Source: Eledone cirrhosa (Eukaryota). From it: DNA of 64,000 bases. Positions within the stretch are counted from its first letter, which is position 1. Every line of letters begins with the position of its first letter. Positions 31,063 through 44,140 of this stretch are shown here, in pieces. The notes under the pieces were generated by a model. That model had not been told where the DNA came from and did not search any database. It was given only the letters and a program-made list of their open reading frames with translations. A program made the position numbers and the translations under genes. The DNA lies in the NCBI GenBank assembly GCA_964016885.1, contig OZ024741.1:303676001-303740000 (forward strand). Direction: 5' to 3'.

Positions 31063-32894
31063 ATTTCTTTATTAGCCACAGGGGCACAAAAGAAGGGGAC
31101 AAATACAAAGGGGGAAGTTTACATACAATAAAAACGTGTAAAATGTTATCACAGATGGAATTTAAAAGTTAGTCGATTTTCCCCAATAGAGGGAGACAGT
31201 TTATATGGGTAACACAGACCCCCGAAAAAAATGTGCAACCCTCATCTCCAGGAGTACGAAGAGCTTGTACTCCTTTCCTCTCCTCCTCCTTTTCCTCAAC
31301 CTACAGGCTGATATAGAGAGAAGGCCCATTCACTCGGGCCATTCTCGCCACTTTCACCCACCTTTCATAAAACTTGCTGGGGTACAGCACCTCTCTCTCC
31401 ATCCTGATTCTTCTTCCAAAGTGGTATTTGAAAAAAAGAATCAGTTGTTGGTCGGAGAGAAAGGTGTCTGACCTCAGCCCTTTCAACCTTGTCCACCATA
31501 CAACCTCTTTCGCCATAGCTATCACACAAAGGAAAACCGCCTCTCCTTCGTTTTTGAAGGAGGGTGGCGGTTTGATCATGACAATGGACTCGGTGGTCAA
31601 CTGGATTGGTCCCACCCGCGACAATAGTCGTTCTACATAGCCCCACAGGTCAGTGACGCCCGGGCAGTGTATGAATGCGTGCGCGACGGTTTCTTCGTCT
31701 CGCACGCACCTCGGACAGATCTTTTTTGCAGGGTCCCTGCCCGGGCGCCCATGTCTGTAGAGCTTGTCTCGAACTGGTAGAGCTCCTCGGTAGCACTGCC
31801 AGGCCAGGGACTTTTGGAAGTTGTCCATCGGTCCCGGGCGGAAGGTCCTACCGAACAGACTGGCCAGTTCATCTTCCTCCACGCCTAGAGTTTCACCGAG
31901 CGCGTCGTCGCACTTGCTGCGGACCAACCCTCTATAGAATGACGAAGTGGAGTCTCCACTGATCGCCGGGTCCGCCTGCCAGAGGGCTGTGAGCGCCTGA
32001 GCACATTCGATGTGCCAGTCGCCCATTTTCCTCGGTCTCTGCTTGACCCAGGACTGCAGCTCGGTCAGCGAGACGAGTCGTGGGAAGGCTCGCCTCACGA
32101 ACGGGGCCCACACCGGTTGTCCGGTGAGGAATACGTAGAGATGCCGCAGCCTGAGCGCGTGTTTGCGCATCGTCAACCACGGCATCCCCAGCCCTCCGTT
32201 AGAAGGGTGTTGGCAGCAGATGGATCTTCTTACCAAAGGAGCCCGCCTCTTCCAAAGGAATCGGAAGAGGGCGCGCTCCATTTTGGCGAGCGTTTTGGCT
32301 GGACAAGGCACGACGGTCAAGCGGTAGTAGATGGCGGACGCTATAAAAGTGTTCGCCACCTCCGCTCGACCTTTCAAGGATAGTTTGCACTCGGCCCACT
32401 TCTGGGTGAGTGCAAACACCTTGGCCGTCACTTCGTTCCAGTTCTTCTCCACCTGGAGGTCCGGACCAAACCAGACCCCGAGCAGCTTTACCGGTCCTTC
32501 CGTCCAGCGTCCGACGACGCCATCGGAAGGCATCGGTCTGCCTCTCCACGATCCGAGTTGCAAACCGATGGACTTGTCCCGGTTCAGCTTCGCTCCTGTG
32601 AGACTTTCGTATTCCTTTAGTAAGGTGCCGACTTCCTCGATTTGCGAGGCGCTCGACACCATTACTGTCACGTCGTCGGCGTAGGCCGACGCCGCTTTCC
32701 GCAGTCCCGGTTCCAGAGGGATGCCCTGCAATAGCTCCAGCTTCCGCAGTAGTGGCTCGAGAGTCAGTACGTACAGAAGGGAGGAGAGAGGGCATCCCTG
32801 TCGAATGGATCGCGTAATATGGAACGGCTCCGAGAGGTAACCGTTCACCTTGACCCTTGAGCAGATGTTGCTGTTGTGCATTGCAGCAATCCAG
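31063..32894 (-). mobile_element. Tx1 copy D: 5'-truncated within RT, reading frame uninterrupted (31301-32881)
   Basis: 526-aa ORF with RQGCPLS, YADD and CPRC motifs. GATA tracts at 31006-31062 and 32906-33142. Confidence 0.93.
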
Positions 32895-32909
32895 GGAGAG
32901 AGGGATGAT

Positions 32910-33028
<119 letters not shown>

Positions 33029-33063
33029 CAGGCAGACAGACGGACATATAGATAGATAGATAA

Positions 33064-33142
<79 letters not shown>

Positions 33143-33143
<1 letters not shown>

Positions 33144-36138
33144 GTTTCTTTTATTTGCCACTAGGGCATCAAAAGTGGGACAAGTACAAAGGGGGGAGTT
33201 TACACAAAAAGGCGTCCTCAATAAGGAGGAGGCAATAACAAAATATAAAAATAAAATAAGATATAACAAAAAATAAAATTTTTAACAAAATCCTCAATAG
33301 AGAGGAGGCGCCTTGGGGGGTCGCACACACCCCCGAAAAAAGTGTGCAACCCTTCTCCTCAGGAGCACAGAGAAGGGGTGCTCCCTTGGTCTTTCATCTT
33401 CCTCACCTATAGTCTGATGTAGAGTGAAGGCCCATTCACACGGACCATTCTCGCCACTTTCACCCATCTTTCATAGAAACGGCTGGGGTGCAGCACCTCT
33501 CTCTCCATCCTGATCCTTCTTCCGAAATGATATCGGAAGAAACGGACCAGTTGTTGGCCAGAGAGAAAGGTGTCTGACCTCAGTCCTTTCAGACGCGTCC
33601 ACCATACAACCTCTTTCGCCATGGCTATTACGCACAGAAACACCGCCTCTGCTTCATCTTTGAAGGGGGGAGGCGGCTTGATCATTACAATAGACTCGGT
33701 GGTCAACCGGATCGGTCCCACCCTTGACAGCAGTTGTTCGACATAGCCCCACAGATCGGCTACGCCCGAGCAGTGTACCAATGCGTGTGCAACGGTTTCC
33801 TCGTCGCACACGCATCTGGGACAGATCTTTTTGGCGGGGTCCCTACCCGGGCGCCCGTGTCTGTAGAGCCTTTCTCGAACGGGTAAAGCCCCTCGGTAGC
33901 ACTGCCAGGCCAGGGACTTCTGGAAGTTGTCCATAGGTCCCGGGCTGAATGTCCTACCGAACAGGCTGGCCAGTTCGTCCTCCTCCATGTCTAGGGCTTC
34001 TCCGAGGGCGTCGTCGCACCTGCTGCGTACCAGCCCTCTATAGAATGTTGCGGTGGAGTCTCCACTGATAACCGGATCCGCCTGCCAGAGGGCGGTGAGC
34101 GCCTGGGCACACTCAGTGTGCCAGGCGCCCAGTTTTCTCGGTCTTTGCTTGACCCAGGATTGCAGCTCGGTGAGTGAGACGAGTCTGGGAAAGGTTCGTC
34201 TCACAAACGAGGCCCACACCGGTTGTCCGGTGAGGAATACGTAGAGGTGCCGTAGCCTTAATGCGTGTTTACGCATCATTAGCCACGGCATCCCCAGCCC
34301 TCCTTTCGAAGGGTGTTGACAGCAGATGGATCTCCTCACCATAGGAGCCCGCCTCTTCCAAAGGAATTGGAAGAGCGCGCGCTCCATCTTGGTGAGGGTT
34401 TCCCTTGGGCAGGGCACTACGGTCAGGCGGTAGTAGATGACGGACGCTATGTAGGTGTTCGCCACCTCCGCCCGACCTTTCAGGGATAGTTTGCAACTGG
34501 CCCACTTCTGGGTCAGTGCAAACACCCTGTTCGTAACCTCCGCCCAGTTTTTCTCCACCTGGAGGTCCGGTCCGAACCAGACCCCGAGCAACTTCACCGG
34601 GCCCTCCGTCCAGCGTCCGACGACGCCATCGGAGGGCATCGGTCTGCCCCTCCACGTGCCGAGTTGCAAACCGATCGACTTGTCCCGGTTCAGCTTAGCC
34701 CCTGTGAACTTTTCGTACTCCTCCAGTAAGGTGCCGACCGCCTCGATTTCGGAGGCTGTCGACACCATTACTGTCACGTCATCGGCGTAGGCCGACACCG
34801 CTTTCCGCAATCCCGGTTCCAAAGGGATGCCCTGCAACAACTCCAACTTCCGCAGTAGTGGCTCGAGAGTCAACACATACAGAAGGGAGGAGAGAGGGCA
34901 CCCTTGTCGGATGGACCGCGCGATTTTGAACGGCTCCGAGAGGTAGCCGTTCACCTTGACCCTAGAGCAGATGCGGCTGCTGTGCATAGCAGTGATCCAG
35001 CCCCTGAAAACGGGTCCGAAGCCTGCCGCCGCTAGCACCGCATCCAGGTAACCATGGTCGACCCTATCGAACGCCTTAGATTGATCCAAGTTGATCAGAG
35101 CCCCACCAAAGCCGGGTTCGTTCCCAACCCTCTCTATGATGTATCGCATGAGGTGGAGGTTGTCATGGATGGACCTGGATGGGATAGCGCATGTCTGCGC
35201 ATCTCCCACCAGGTTGCCCACGACAAGCGCCAACCTCTTTGCTAGCACCTTGGCCAAAATCTGTAACTCTGTATTTAGCAGTGTTATGGGCCTGAAGTTA
35301 CTTATTTCGTCCCCCTTGTTCTCGTCCTTCCTCACTAGCGTGACTACGCCCTTGGTCACAGTACAGGGAATTCTCCCGTTCTGTTGCCAGTTGCAGTAGA
35401 CCGCCTCGAGGAGATCGGGGAACAAGTCCGGCATAGCTAGATATAATTCGTAAGGAAGACCATCGAGACCCGGGGATTTGCGTTTGCCGCATTGGCTCAG
35501 CACGTCCTCTATCTCAGCGGCCGAAATCGGCTCCTCGCAGGACTTCGCCTCCCTGTCCGAGAGGCGCGGCAGGCCGTCGAGGTATGGACCGAAGTCCACG
35601 TTCCCAACCGGCTCCCCGCCCCTCCCGAACAGTCGGGCAAAGTGCCTTTGAAAGGCCTCACACATCTGCTTAGGCTCAAGAATCGCCCGTCCATCCAGGT
35701 CTCGCAAAGACCGGATGGTGGATTTAGTTCCACTGTTGGCCTCTGTCACGCGGGCCCAGCTAACAGCTTTGGTCCCCTCGTTCCCTAGAGCACGTATTTT
35801 ACTTCGGACAACGCAGCCTTCGTGCTTCGCGTCGAAAAACTGGCTCAAAGCCGTTCTCGACGCTAGCACTCTGGCCACGTCGCCGCTTCTAATTGCCTCT
35901 TCTACTCTATCTATTAGCTCCCTTTCCTTCCTATTCCTATCCGCAGCTAGAACCTTACTAAATTCTATCGAGACTACTCTAATCTCTCTCTTTAGAGATA
36001 CCCACCACCTGCTGTTGACGATCGCTCCAGTCAACCGTTCCTTAACTAACGTACTAATCCGATTCCTGTAGGCTCTACTTGCCGGCAAGGACAAGTTGAG
36101 CTTCCAGTAACCGGGGCCCTGTCTATGAGTTCTGTCAA
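33143..36138 (-). mobile_element. Tx1 copy E: 5'-truncated just after the APE domain, ORF2 remainder uninterrupted (~910 aa)
   Basis: ORF 33407-36138 from DRTHRQGPGYWKLN to RVNGPSLYIRL. Distinct 3' UTR. GATA tract at 36139-36202. Confidence 0.93.
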
Positions 36139-36139
36139 T

Positions 36140-36202
<63 letters not shown>

Positions 36203-36376
36203 CACCCACACAATATATACATTCCTTATGATTTCATACGTCTGAAATAGTTTAGTCTTGTAGAAGTCATTTCTATATCAAATAAAGATGCTTATATACT
36301 ACCAAAGTATTCAGTACCTTCTTTAAGTGTGGTTATCCCCTTCAGGAATCTATCTAATACACACACACACACACAC

Positions 36377-36426
<50 letters not shown>

Positions 36427-36514
36427 TAAGAGTGAAGAATAACATGGTCTACAGTACAAAAAGGGTTTACCTATAACGATAATTTGTTTTCCCATATATA
36501 TATATATATATATA

Positions 36515-37090
36515 TAAACCCATACGTACATATATATATGTGTGTGCATGTATGTATATATTTACATACTACTGTACGTCTGTATACATATATGTATGTA
36601 CGTATACATACTTATATTTAAGTAACAGCCGTACAAAGAGTGAGAAATGAAATTTCATTTTTTCCATATATCGTTTACGGTACGCCCGGCCGACTAACTC
36701 ACTCGATATGCAAATTAAGCTACTCAGCCGTTAATATGCATAAGGAAAGTATATACTTTCAAACGTTCAATCGATTGACAGGAAGGTATACGGTGCTGAT
36801 GACAGCTAATAATCTAGAAACTAGTTCATCGTTCCTTTGTCAGTGTTGAACAAACGAGCAACGGTGGTTGCTAGACACTACGGCTTAATTCGGGATGTTT
36901 GTTTACAAACACACCGAGCATTATAATAAATGTTCGGTAAACCCATACGTACATATATATATGTGTGCATGTATGTATATATATATACATACTACTGTAC
37001 GTCTGTATACATATATGTATGTACGTATACATACTTATATTTAAGTATCAGCCGTACTAAGAGTGAGAAATGAAATTTCATTTTTTCCAT
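36515..37090 (+). repeat. 423-bp hammerhead-containing repeat, ~1.36 units (partial tandem); homologue of the 467-bp satellite
   Basis: Direct repeat 36515-36667 = 36938-37090 (offset 423). Motifs are collinear with the 467-bp unit. Confidence 0.85.
36790..36832 (+). ncRNA. Minimal type I hammerhead ribozyme (stem II possibly decayed)
   Basis: ACGGTG-CTGATGA-cagctaataatcta-GAAA-CTAG-TT-CATCGT. Stem I ACGGTG/CATCGT, palindromic stem III, GUU triplet. Confidence 0.75.
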
Positions 37091-37105
37091 TTGTATATAT
37101 GTAAG

Positions 37106-37157
37106 GGCTTTCCTCATGATTTTCTTCGAATGAAACAGTTCTAGTCCTGTAGAAGCC
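37106..37157 (+). ncRNA. Degenerate hammerhead in a Penelope pLTR-like fragment (core mutated to CTCATGA)
   Basis: GGCTTT-c-CTCATGA-...-GAAA-CAG ttctagtc CTG-TA-GAAGCC. A more decayed sister fragment lies at ~36225-36355. Confidence 0.5.
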
Positions 37158-37235
37158 ATTTCTATATTAAAAATATATACTCTGGTATGTTTTGAGTACC
37201 TTACTTACTGTGGTTACCCCCAATTGTACACACAG

Positions 37236-37311
<76 letters not shown>

Positions 37312-37518
37312 TAGCGAGAATCGTATTTCAGCACAGGAATTAACGAAAATCAACATCCGATATGTGTGGCAAGCGCTCGATGATTCATGTGAATCAGAGC
37401 TACAACATACGTTAAGGGCCAAACATATCATCCGCACAGCCAAAACAAACGACCAAGTAATTCGGGTCAAACAATAAAAATATATGTGTTGATACTTTCC
37501 CGGACCCTGGACTGATGG

Positions 37519-37626
<108 letters not shown>

Positions 37627-37687
37627 TGAGATTGGGGAGACCACTAATCATGGGAGTACACCATGCATATATATATATGTATATGTA

Positions 37688-37809
<122 letters not shown>

Positions 37810-38144
37810 TAAAACATGACCCTCCACAAATATAAGAATATATATATATTATATATATTTAACTCTAATCACCCCAGATCTGTTAAAAATACTATAGTGA
37901 ACTCTGTTCAAGAACGTATATCAAGAATTTCATGTAATAAAAATATTTTCGACGAAAAAGCGTAGTATTACAATGAAGCGTTAGCTAGAGCAGAATATAG
38001 TGATAAAATTATGTACATCGATAATAATAGGCAAACTAACCAAAATAACAACAATTTTAATTACGGTAACAACTTTAACAACTATAATAGAAAACATTAC
38101 AATAATTCCAAAAGCCAGAAAAGAAATAGAACTAGAAATATAAT

Positions 38145-38819
38145 ATGGTTTGCCTCCCCCCCCCTTTCTCACTAAATATTAAAACCCACATTGCTAAACT
38201 ATTTTTTAATGCGCTTGACAAACGCTTCCCTAGAACACATAAATATCATTCAATTTTTAATAGACATACTATAAAATTAACTTACTCGTCCACCAAAAAT
38301 TTAGCACAAAATATTAACAGAATAAATAATAGGAATCTAAAACCTAGCCAAAATACCGATAATAGCCTAAACAATATTCAATTAAACAACTGTAACTGTA
38401 GAAATAAATCTAAATGTCCGTTAAATAACAATTGCTTAGTTAAAAATATAATATACAATTGTAATGTTAAAACTAACTTAAATTCTTTTAACTATGTTGG
38501 TTCCACCTCGACAGAATTTAAACTTCGCTATAATAATCATAAGAATTCTTTCACAGATCCAAACAAAAAATCTTCAACTTCACTATCAGGCTTACTCTGG
38601 CAACTTAAACATGATAACGTTGGATATTCGATGTTTTGGAATATAGTCTCAAGAGGGATTCCTTTTAATTCCTCATCTGAGAAATGTGACCTCTGCGTGG
38701 AGGAGATATTCTTTATATTAAAATCTAAAAATTCCCTTAATTTAAGGAGCAATTTATTCAGTTGCTGCAGACATAGATTGAACTCAACGTTTAAATATAA
38801 ATATAAATTTAAAATGTAG
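38145..38819 (+). CDS. GIY-YIG endonuclease domain of a Penelope-like retroelement (fragment)
   Basis: IIYNC...NYVGSTSTEFKLRYNNH GIY-YIG signature with an upstream CNC-x5-CPL-x3-C motif. Confidence 0.85.
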   Translation: MVCLPPPFSLNIKTHIAKLFFNALDKRFPRTHKYHSIFNRHTIKLTYSSTKNLAQNINRINNRNLKPSQNTDNSLNNIQLNNCNCRNKSKCPLNNNCLVKNIIYNCNVKTNLNSFNYVGSTSTEFKLRYNNHKNSFTDPNKKSSTSLSGLLWQLKHDNVGYSMFWNIVSRGIPFNSSSEKCDLCVEEIFFILKSKNSLNLRSNLFSCCRHRLNSTFKYKYKFKM

Positions 38820-40454
38820 TATATTTAGTTAAGATAATTAATTAATTATGAAACCTGACGATAAATCTTTCGATTCCTTCAACTTTTTCTTTTAAACCTT
38901 CTTCATAAATATATACTAATGATGTAATTAAACTACCCTAAAATGTTGATGCTCCCAATCTATTGAATAAATTTTACGCTAGATAAACTTCTATACTAAA
39001 TATAAGAGCATCCGTAGAACAACAGGGTCTCCTAAATCTTTTAAATGATTTCTGCTAAATAAGTTTTGTTGAATAATTTTTGGTTTTTTGATTGCTTTTT
39101 GATTCTGATTGCTTCTAATGAACTTGGCAATATATTGTCAGATAAATTGGAAGGGTAGATTTCTGTGGTTGATATGGGGGGCATACTGTGTTTTTTACGG
39201 CCCTAGATACTCTAGGGAGTGATGAAAATATTCTTAACGTTTTGATATCTCTATGCCGATATATTAATATCTGTTGTCTCTGTGCAAAGGCCATATGTAT
39301 TAATATGAATATGGAATGATTACAGAGTATATTCTATTTTATCTGTTTATTTTATCTGTCCATGTACATATATGTGCGCACGCATATATATATATATGTA
39401 TGTGTGGCTATAGTTCTGGATATGTTACAGATATGCATAATATTCTATACATGAACGATAATCATGTATGTGAGGGCAGGAATATTAATATTAATATTTT
39501 TTTTTTTTATGTATATATATGTATGTATATATATAGTAAAATCTTTTATAACACAAGGGAAAATTTTTTCCTGTGAAATAAGAATTTACAGAGTTGATCA
39601 CGTAAGATCACGGGTATGTCTATAGTGTCAACTAGAACTTGAGATGACCTCTTTTTTCTCTTTCTTTCCTTTTCCGGAAAGTACATATATACTTATGTAT
39701 TTCCGTATCTTTTGAAGTTTTATCTCAGTTTTTGGTACATCGACCTAAGAATTTTTAAACTAAACATATGGTCATTATTTTTCACACATTATATATCTAT
39801 ATCTCATTCATGAATATTGATATTTACATTATAATACCCAATTCATATGAATTGATAATTCAAATTGATAGGACATAACGTAAAGTTGTAAATCTATCAT
39901 CCTTCTCTCTAGATATAACTCTTTCTTCTCCTCCTTCTTTATACATGATGAAATCTAAGTATCGGTTATTTTAACTTTGCCTCTCGAGCTTCTCTCTTGT
40001 TTTCTCTCTTACTTCTCTCCTATTTCTCTCACCTCCCCATATATAATTATTATTATTTGGTCTACCTCTTTTTCCCCCACCTCTATCTTTCTCTACCTCT
40101 CTGTTTTCTCTTTATTTATTTTTTATTTCTCTCCGTCTCCTTAACACTATAACTAAATAATTACAGTACTCCCTCCCTCCTAAATCTCTCAATTTGTATG
40201 ATGAATTATTATTATTCATCTGTTGCCTCAGCTGCCTCTCATTTTTCACCTCCTCACTATTTCTCTCTCCCATATCTCTCTCTATCTCTCTCTGTTTTTC
40301 TTTACATACATTTCTTCTTTTTCTCCGTCTTTCTTTCTAACTGTGCTTAACACTAAATATTTATAAACATCTCACTACCAAACCAACTTCTTACATAAAA
40401 GTTGATCAATATTTATGGTACGTCAAATTTATTTATAAAACTGCTTATATATTG

Positions 40455-40520
40455 TATTTTATCTGAAGAAGGCATGCCATATTTTTAATATGGTATCCCT
40501 GAAATATGTATAATGAAATA
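40455..40520 (+). ncRNA. Type I hammerhead ribozyme (PLE pLTR type)
   Basis: TATTTTAT-CTGAAGA-[agg..atgccatatt ttt aatatggtat..cct]-GAAA-tatgta-TA-ATGAAATA. 8-bp stem I, long stem II, minimal stem III, AUA triplet. Confidence 0.75.
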
Positions 40521-40621
40521 AATATGGTTTTATAAATATAGTTTCCATTTGTTTAATATCGTATATATATATATATTTATATGTATATATATATATGTGT
40601 GTGTGTGTGTGTATATATGTA

Positions 40622-40698
<77 letters not shown>

Positions 40699-40737
40699 AT
40701 ATTAAATAAATGGAAACTATATTTATAAAACCATATT

Positions 40738-40798
40738 TATTCTATTATATATATTTCAAGGGTACAAAAACTTTGGTACGATCTCATCAGATAAAATA
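40738..40798 (-). ncRNA. Type I hammerhead ribozyme (PLE pLTR type), inverted partner of 40455-40520
   Basis: Minus strand TATTTTAT-CTGATGA-gatcgtaccaaagtttttgtaccctt-GAAA-TATATA-TA-ATAGAATA. Confidence 0.72.
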
Positions 40799-40973
40799 CA
40801 AAGTTTGTTTTATAAATATTGACATAACCAGAAAAAATACGTTAACGGTTCAAGTTTTTCCTACATATTCAATATCATTGAATATTATACTCCAGAAATA
40901 CTGTCGAGTGCTTTGAATCAGTTATAAACATTTATATCTTTTGAATTACCAACAAATTGAATATCCCGTTTGC

Positions 40974-41010
<37 letters not shown>

Positions 41011-41264
41011 GTATTTATATATATATATATGTAGATATGTTTCTTTATTAGTATTTATATATATATAAATTAAAACAATGAAATAAAAAATCAAGTCATT
41101 AGAGATATACTTCACTATCTCTAATGACTTAATTTTTTATATGACTCTGTTTTCCTTTTAATGTTTTTTGTTTTCTGAGATTTATCTTAACCTACAACAT
41201 TTTCAACATATGGATTACATTGAGTTCTTCATACAGAATAGACCCCACAACTTACGGTGGATAC

Positions 41265-41308
<44 letters not shown>

Positions 41309-41615
41309 AGATAGATAGATAAATAGATATATACATATATACACACCTATATATATATGTGTGTGTGTGTGTAATTGTTGTAGTTGTATTTATTGTTCTT
41401 TTTCATGCTATTATACCTCGCCCAAAGACAAAAGAGACAAAAGGAGACTAGTTTTAAAAAATGATAAAAGCTGATAACACCGCCCCTAATATCATAGCTA
41501 GAGCACATCACTGCAGGGGAAACTGACGTCAGCCAGCCACTAGGCTTGGAAAAGACTGCCATGCCTGCTGTGATTTCTATCTTACTCAATCACTCATTCT
41601 CTCTTCCCCATCTAC

Positions 41616-41677
<62 letters not shown>

Positions 41678-41902
41678 TTCTCTCTCTTTCTCTTTCTCCC
41701 CTTTTCTCTCTCTCTTTCTCGCTTTCTCTCTTTCTTTCTCTCTCTCTCTCTCTCTCTCTTAATCCTCCTCGCTCTTTCCATCTCACTCTCTTGTCATCTC
41801 CCTCTTCCCTCCTCTCTCTCTCTCTCTATTTCTTTCTTTCTTTCTCTCTCTCTACCTCTCTCTCTCTCTTGCCATCTCTCTCTTCCCACCTCTCTCTCTC
41901 CG

Positions 41903-41934
<32 letters not shown>

Positions 41935-42089
41935 ATAGAGAGAGAGAGAGAGAATAGAGAGAGATAGAGAGAGAGATAGGTTGGCTAGATAGATAGTATC
42001 AACAATGGAAAGACAAATGGAAACTGTGTTTCGTTGGTCCAATTTGAGGAGTTCCACCCCACTCGGTACGCGAATGAGGTCTGGGATTT

Positions 42090-42166
<77 letters not shown>

Positions 42167-42221
42167 ATGACCCCGACGGCAGAGCTCAAGCCGTTTCGAC
42201 GGCTATTTCTGGACTATTTCG

Positions 42222-42261
<40 letters not shown>

Positions 42262-42280
42262 TCATTATAGATGTGCACGC

Positions 42281-42322
<42 letters not shown>

Positions 42323-43037
42323 GTGTACACATGTATGTGCATGTGTGTACATGTCTGTATGCGTGTGTGGCGTCCTTGCATCTTTATCTCAGTAAATTAA
42401 ATGTCTGGTGCCTTCGTGTGCGAGTATGTGTGTATGTGTAGTGTGTGTGTGTGTGTAAGTATGTGTGTGTAGTGTATGTATGTAGTGTGTATGTATGTGT
42501 GTGTAGTATTTATGGTAGTAGGGAGGTGTGTAATGAGCTCGGTAAAAAAGGGGGAGTGTAACGGTTATTATTAATGAGTGATTAAAAACTCTGCTGTTTA
42601 TCTTATAATTTCTGTCACAACCAACAACAATCACACGGAAATACCATTCTTCATTTCCTTCTGCTTTCTTTCTTCTTCTTCTTCTTCTTCTTCTTCTTCT
42701 TCTTCTTCTTTATTTTATTTATTTATTTATCCTGTTCGTGGTTTCATTCATTCATTTAAATGTGACCATGCTGGAACACCGCTTTCAGCTTTTTGGTAGC
42801 GAAGAAGGATGGGGGGGGGGGGGGGGGGTATTTTGTTTGTGATTGCTGATGTTTGTTTGTTTTTGTTGTTTTTTTATGTTATTGTTGGTGGGGGTGTTGT
42901 TTGTATTTTGTTGCTGTTATAGTTTTGTTTGTTTGGGGAATTTTATTCTATCTTTTCTGTATTCTTTTCGTTTTAGAATATAACATATAAAGGAAAAAAA
43001 AGAAGAGATGTATTTATATATACATATATATTTATAC

Positions 43038-43115
<78 letters not shown>

Positions 43116-43480
43116 GCGTGTGTGTGTGCATGTGTGTGTAAAAAGTAAACAGAAATAACAAATCAAACGATACAGTACATTGAAGAAATATATATATATA
43201 TATACTCTGAATAAAAATCTTTAAAAAAACTGCTGCTTCGGAAGGATCCGATGATGTTGACTAGTTCTCTTTTTCGTGTAGTGTTTTCGATGCTCAGAGA
43301 GTGGGATCTGTCGAGTGCATGGCCTTTTCCCACGTAAAAAAAAACCAAAAAACTTCAAAGCACAGGCTTGGCTGGCTCAGGATATGTTACAGGTTTGTGT
43401 GGCTGGTCGTACCCTAAAAGTGTACCAAACACTATAATCTGACAAGCGATTACAGTACTCTTAGAGTTGGCAACCATTAT

Positions 43481-43720
43481 GGTGAATTGGCAGTATCGGT
43501 AGAGGGTTGGACGCCATGCTTTCTAGCATAGTTACGTCCCTTTACAGTCTGAGTTCAAATCCCGCCGAGGTTAACTTTGCCTTTCATCCTTACGGGGTCG
43601 ATAAAATAAAGTACCAGGAATCACCTAGTACATTACTGGTACTTTATTTTATCGACCCCGTAAGGATGAAAGGCAAAGTACTAGGTGATTCCTGGCCTAG
43701 TGCCTAAAGTAGAAACAATT
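43481..43720 (+). mobile_element. tRNA-like SINE carrying an internal inverted duplication
   Basis: TGGCAGTATCGG (A-box-like), GAGTTCAAATCC (B box), tail GCCTAAAGTAGAAAC. 44-bp inverted repeat 43574-43617/43636-43679. Confidence 0.85.
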
Positions 43721-43819
43721 ATGTAAGTATGTATGTGTGTATGTATGTATGTGTGTATGTATGTGTGTATGTATGTGTGTATGTATGTATATATGTATGT
43801 ATTTTTTTTTTTGCGCGGG

Positions 43820-44095
43820 GACATAGAAATAATCGGGCTGGATGCCCGATCGTGCAGTTAAACCACTGGGAGTGAAGAACCCCTAGCCCTTGTCAGGGCA
43901 TTCTTCTAGGAGAAGGCATCTCAGGAAACTGAGTTAACTCCGACATAAAACCTGCGGCTCAGTAGTTACCGATGATGTTGATCTTTTCTTCTTTTCGGGT
44001 TATAGCTACTGTCGCTAAGAGAGTGGGATTGGCTCAGTGCACAGTCTTTCCTCACTTTAAAAATATTCGTCACGCACAGGCATTGCACGATTGCA
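43820..44095 (+). repeat. Dispersed repeat resembling an RTE 5'-UTR-derived SINE; partial second copy at ~43245-43375
   Basis: Both copies share CCGATGATGTTGA...GAGAGTGGGAT...GTGCA...GCACAGGC. The CTAGGAGAAGG motif recalls RTE 5' ends. Confidence 0.45.
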
Positions 44096-44140
44096 TTAAT
44101 TAATAATTATTAATAGTGTATTATTATTATTATTATTATT

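Larger units (their letters stand above)
37860..40560 (+). mobile_element. 5'-truncated Penelope-like element (Neptune-type): RT-thumb remnant, Cys-rich linker, GIY-YIG endonuclease, probable long 3' region ending in a hammerhead pLTR
   Basis: SNHP...YYNEAL (with a stop). ORF 38145-38819 has CNCRNKSKCPLNNNC, IIY...YVGST...RYNNHK and CDLC..E...LN.RS....CRH. Attribution of 38820-40450 to the element is inferred. Confidence 0.75.

Noticed and set aside
38854-38880. CTGACGA as another hammerhead core
   Set aside because: No downstream stem II/GAAA or flanking stem I pairing.
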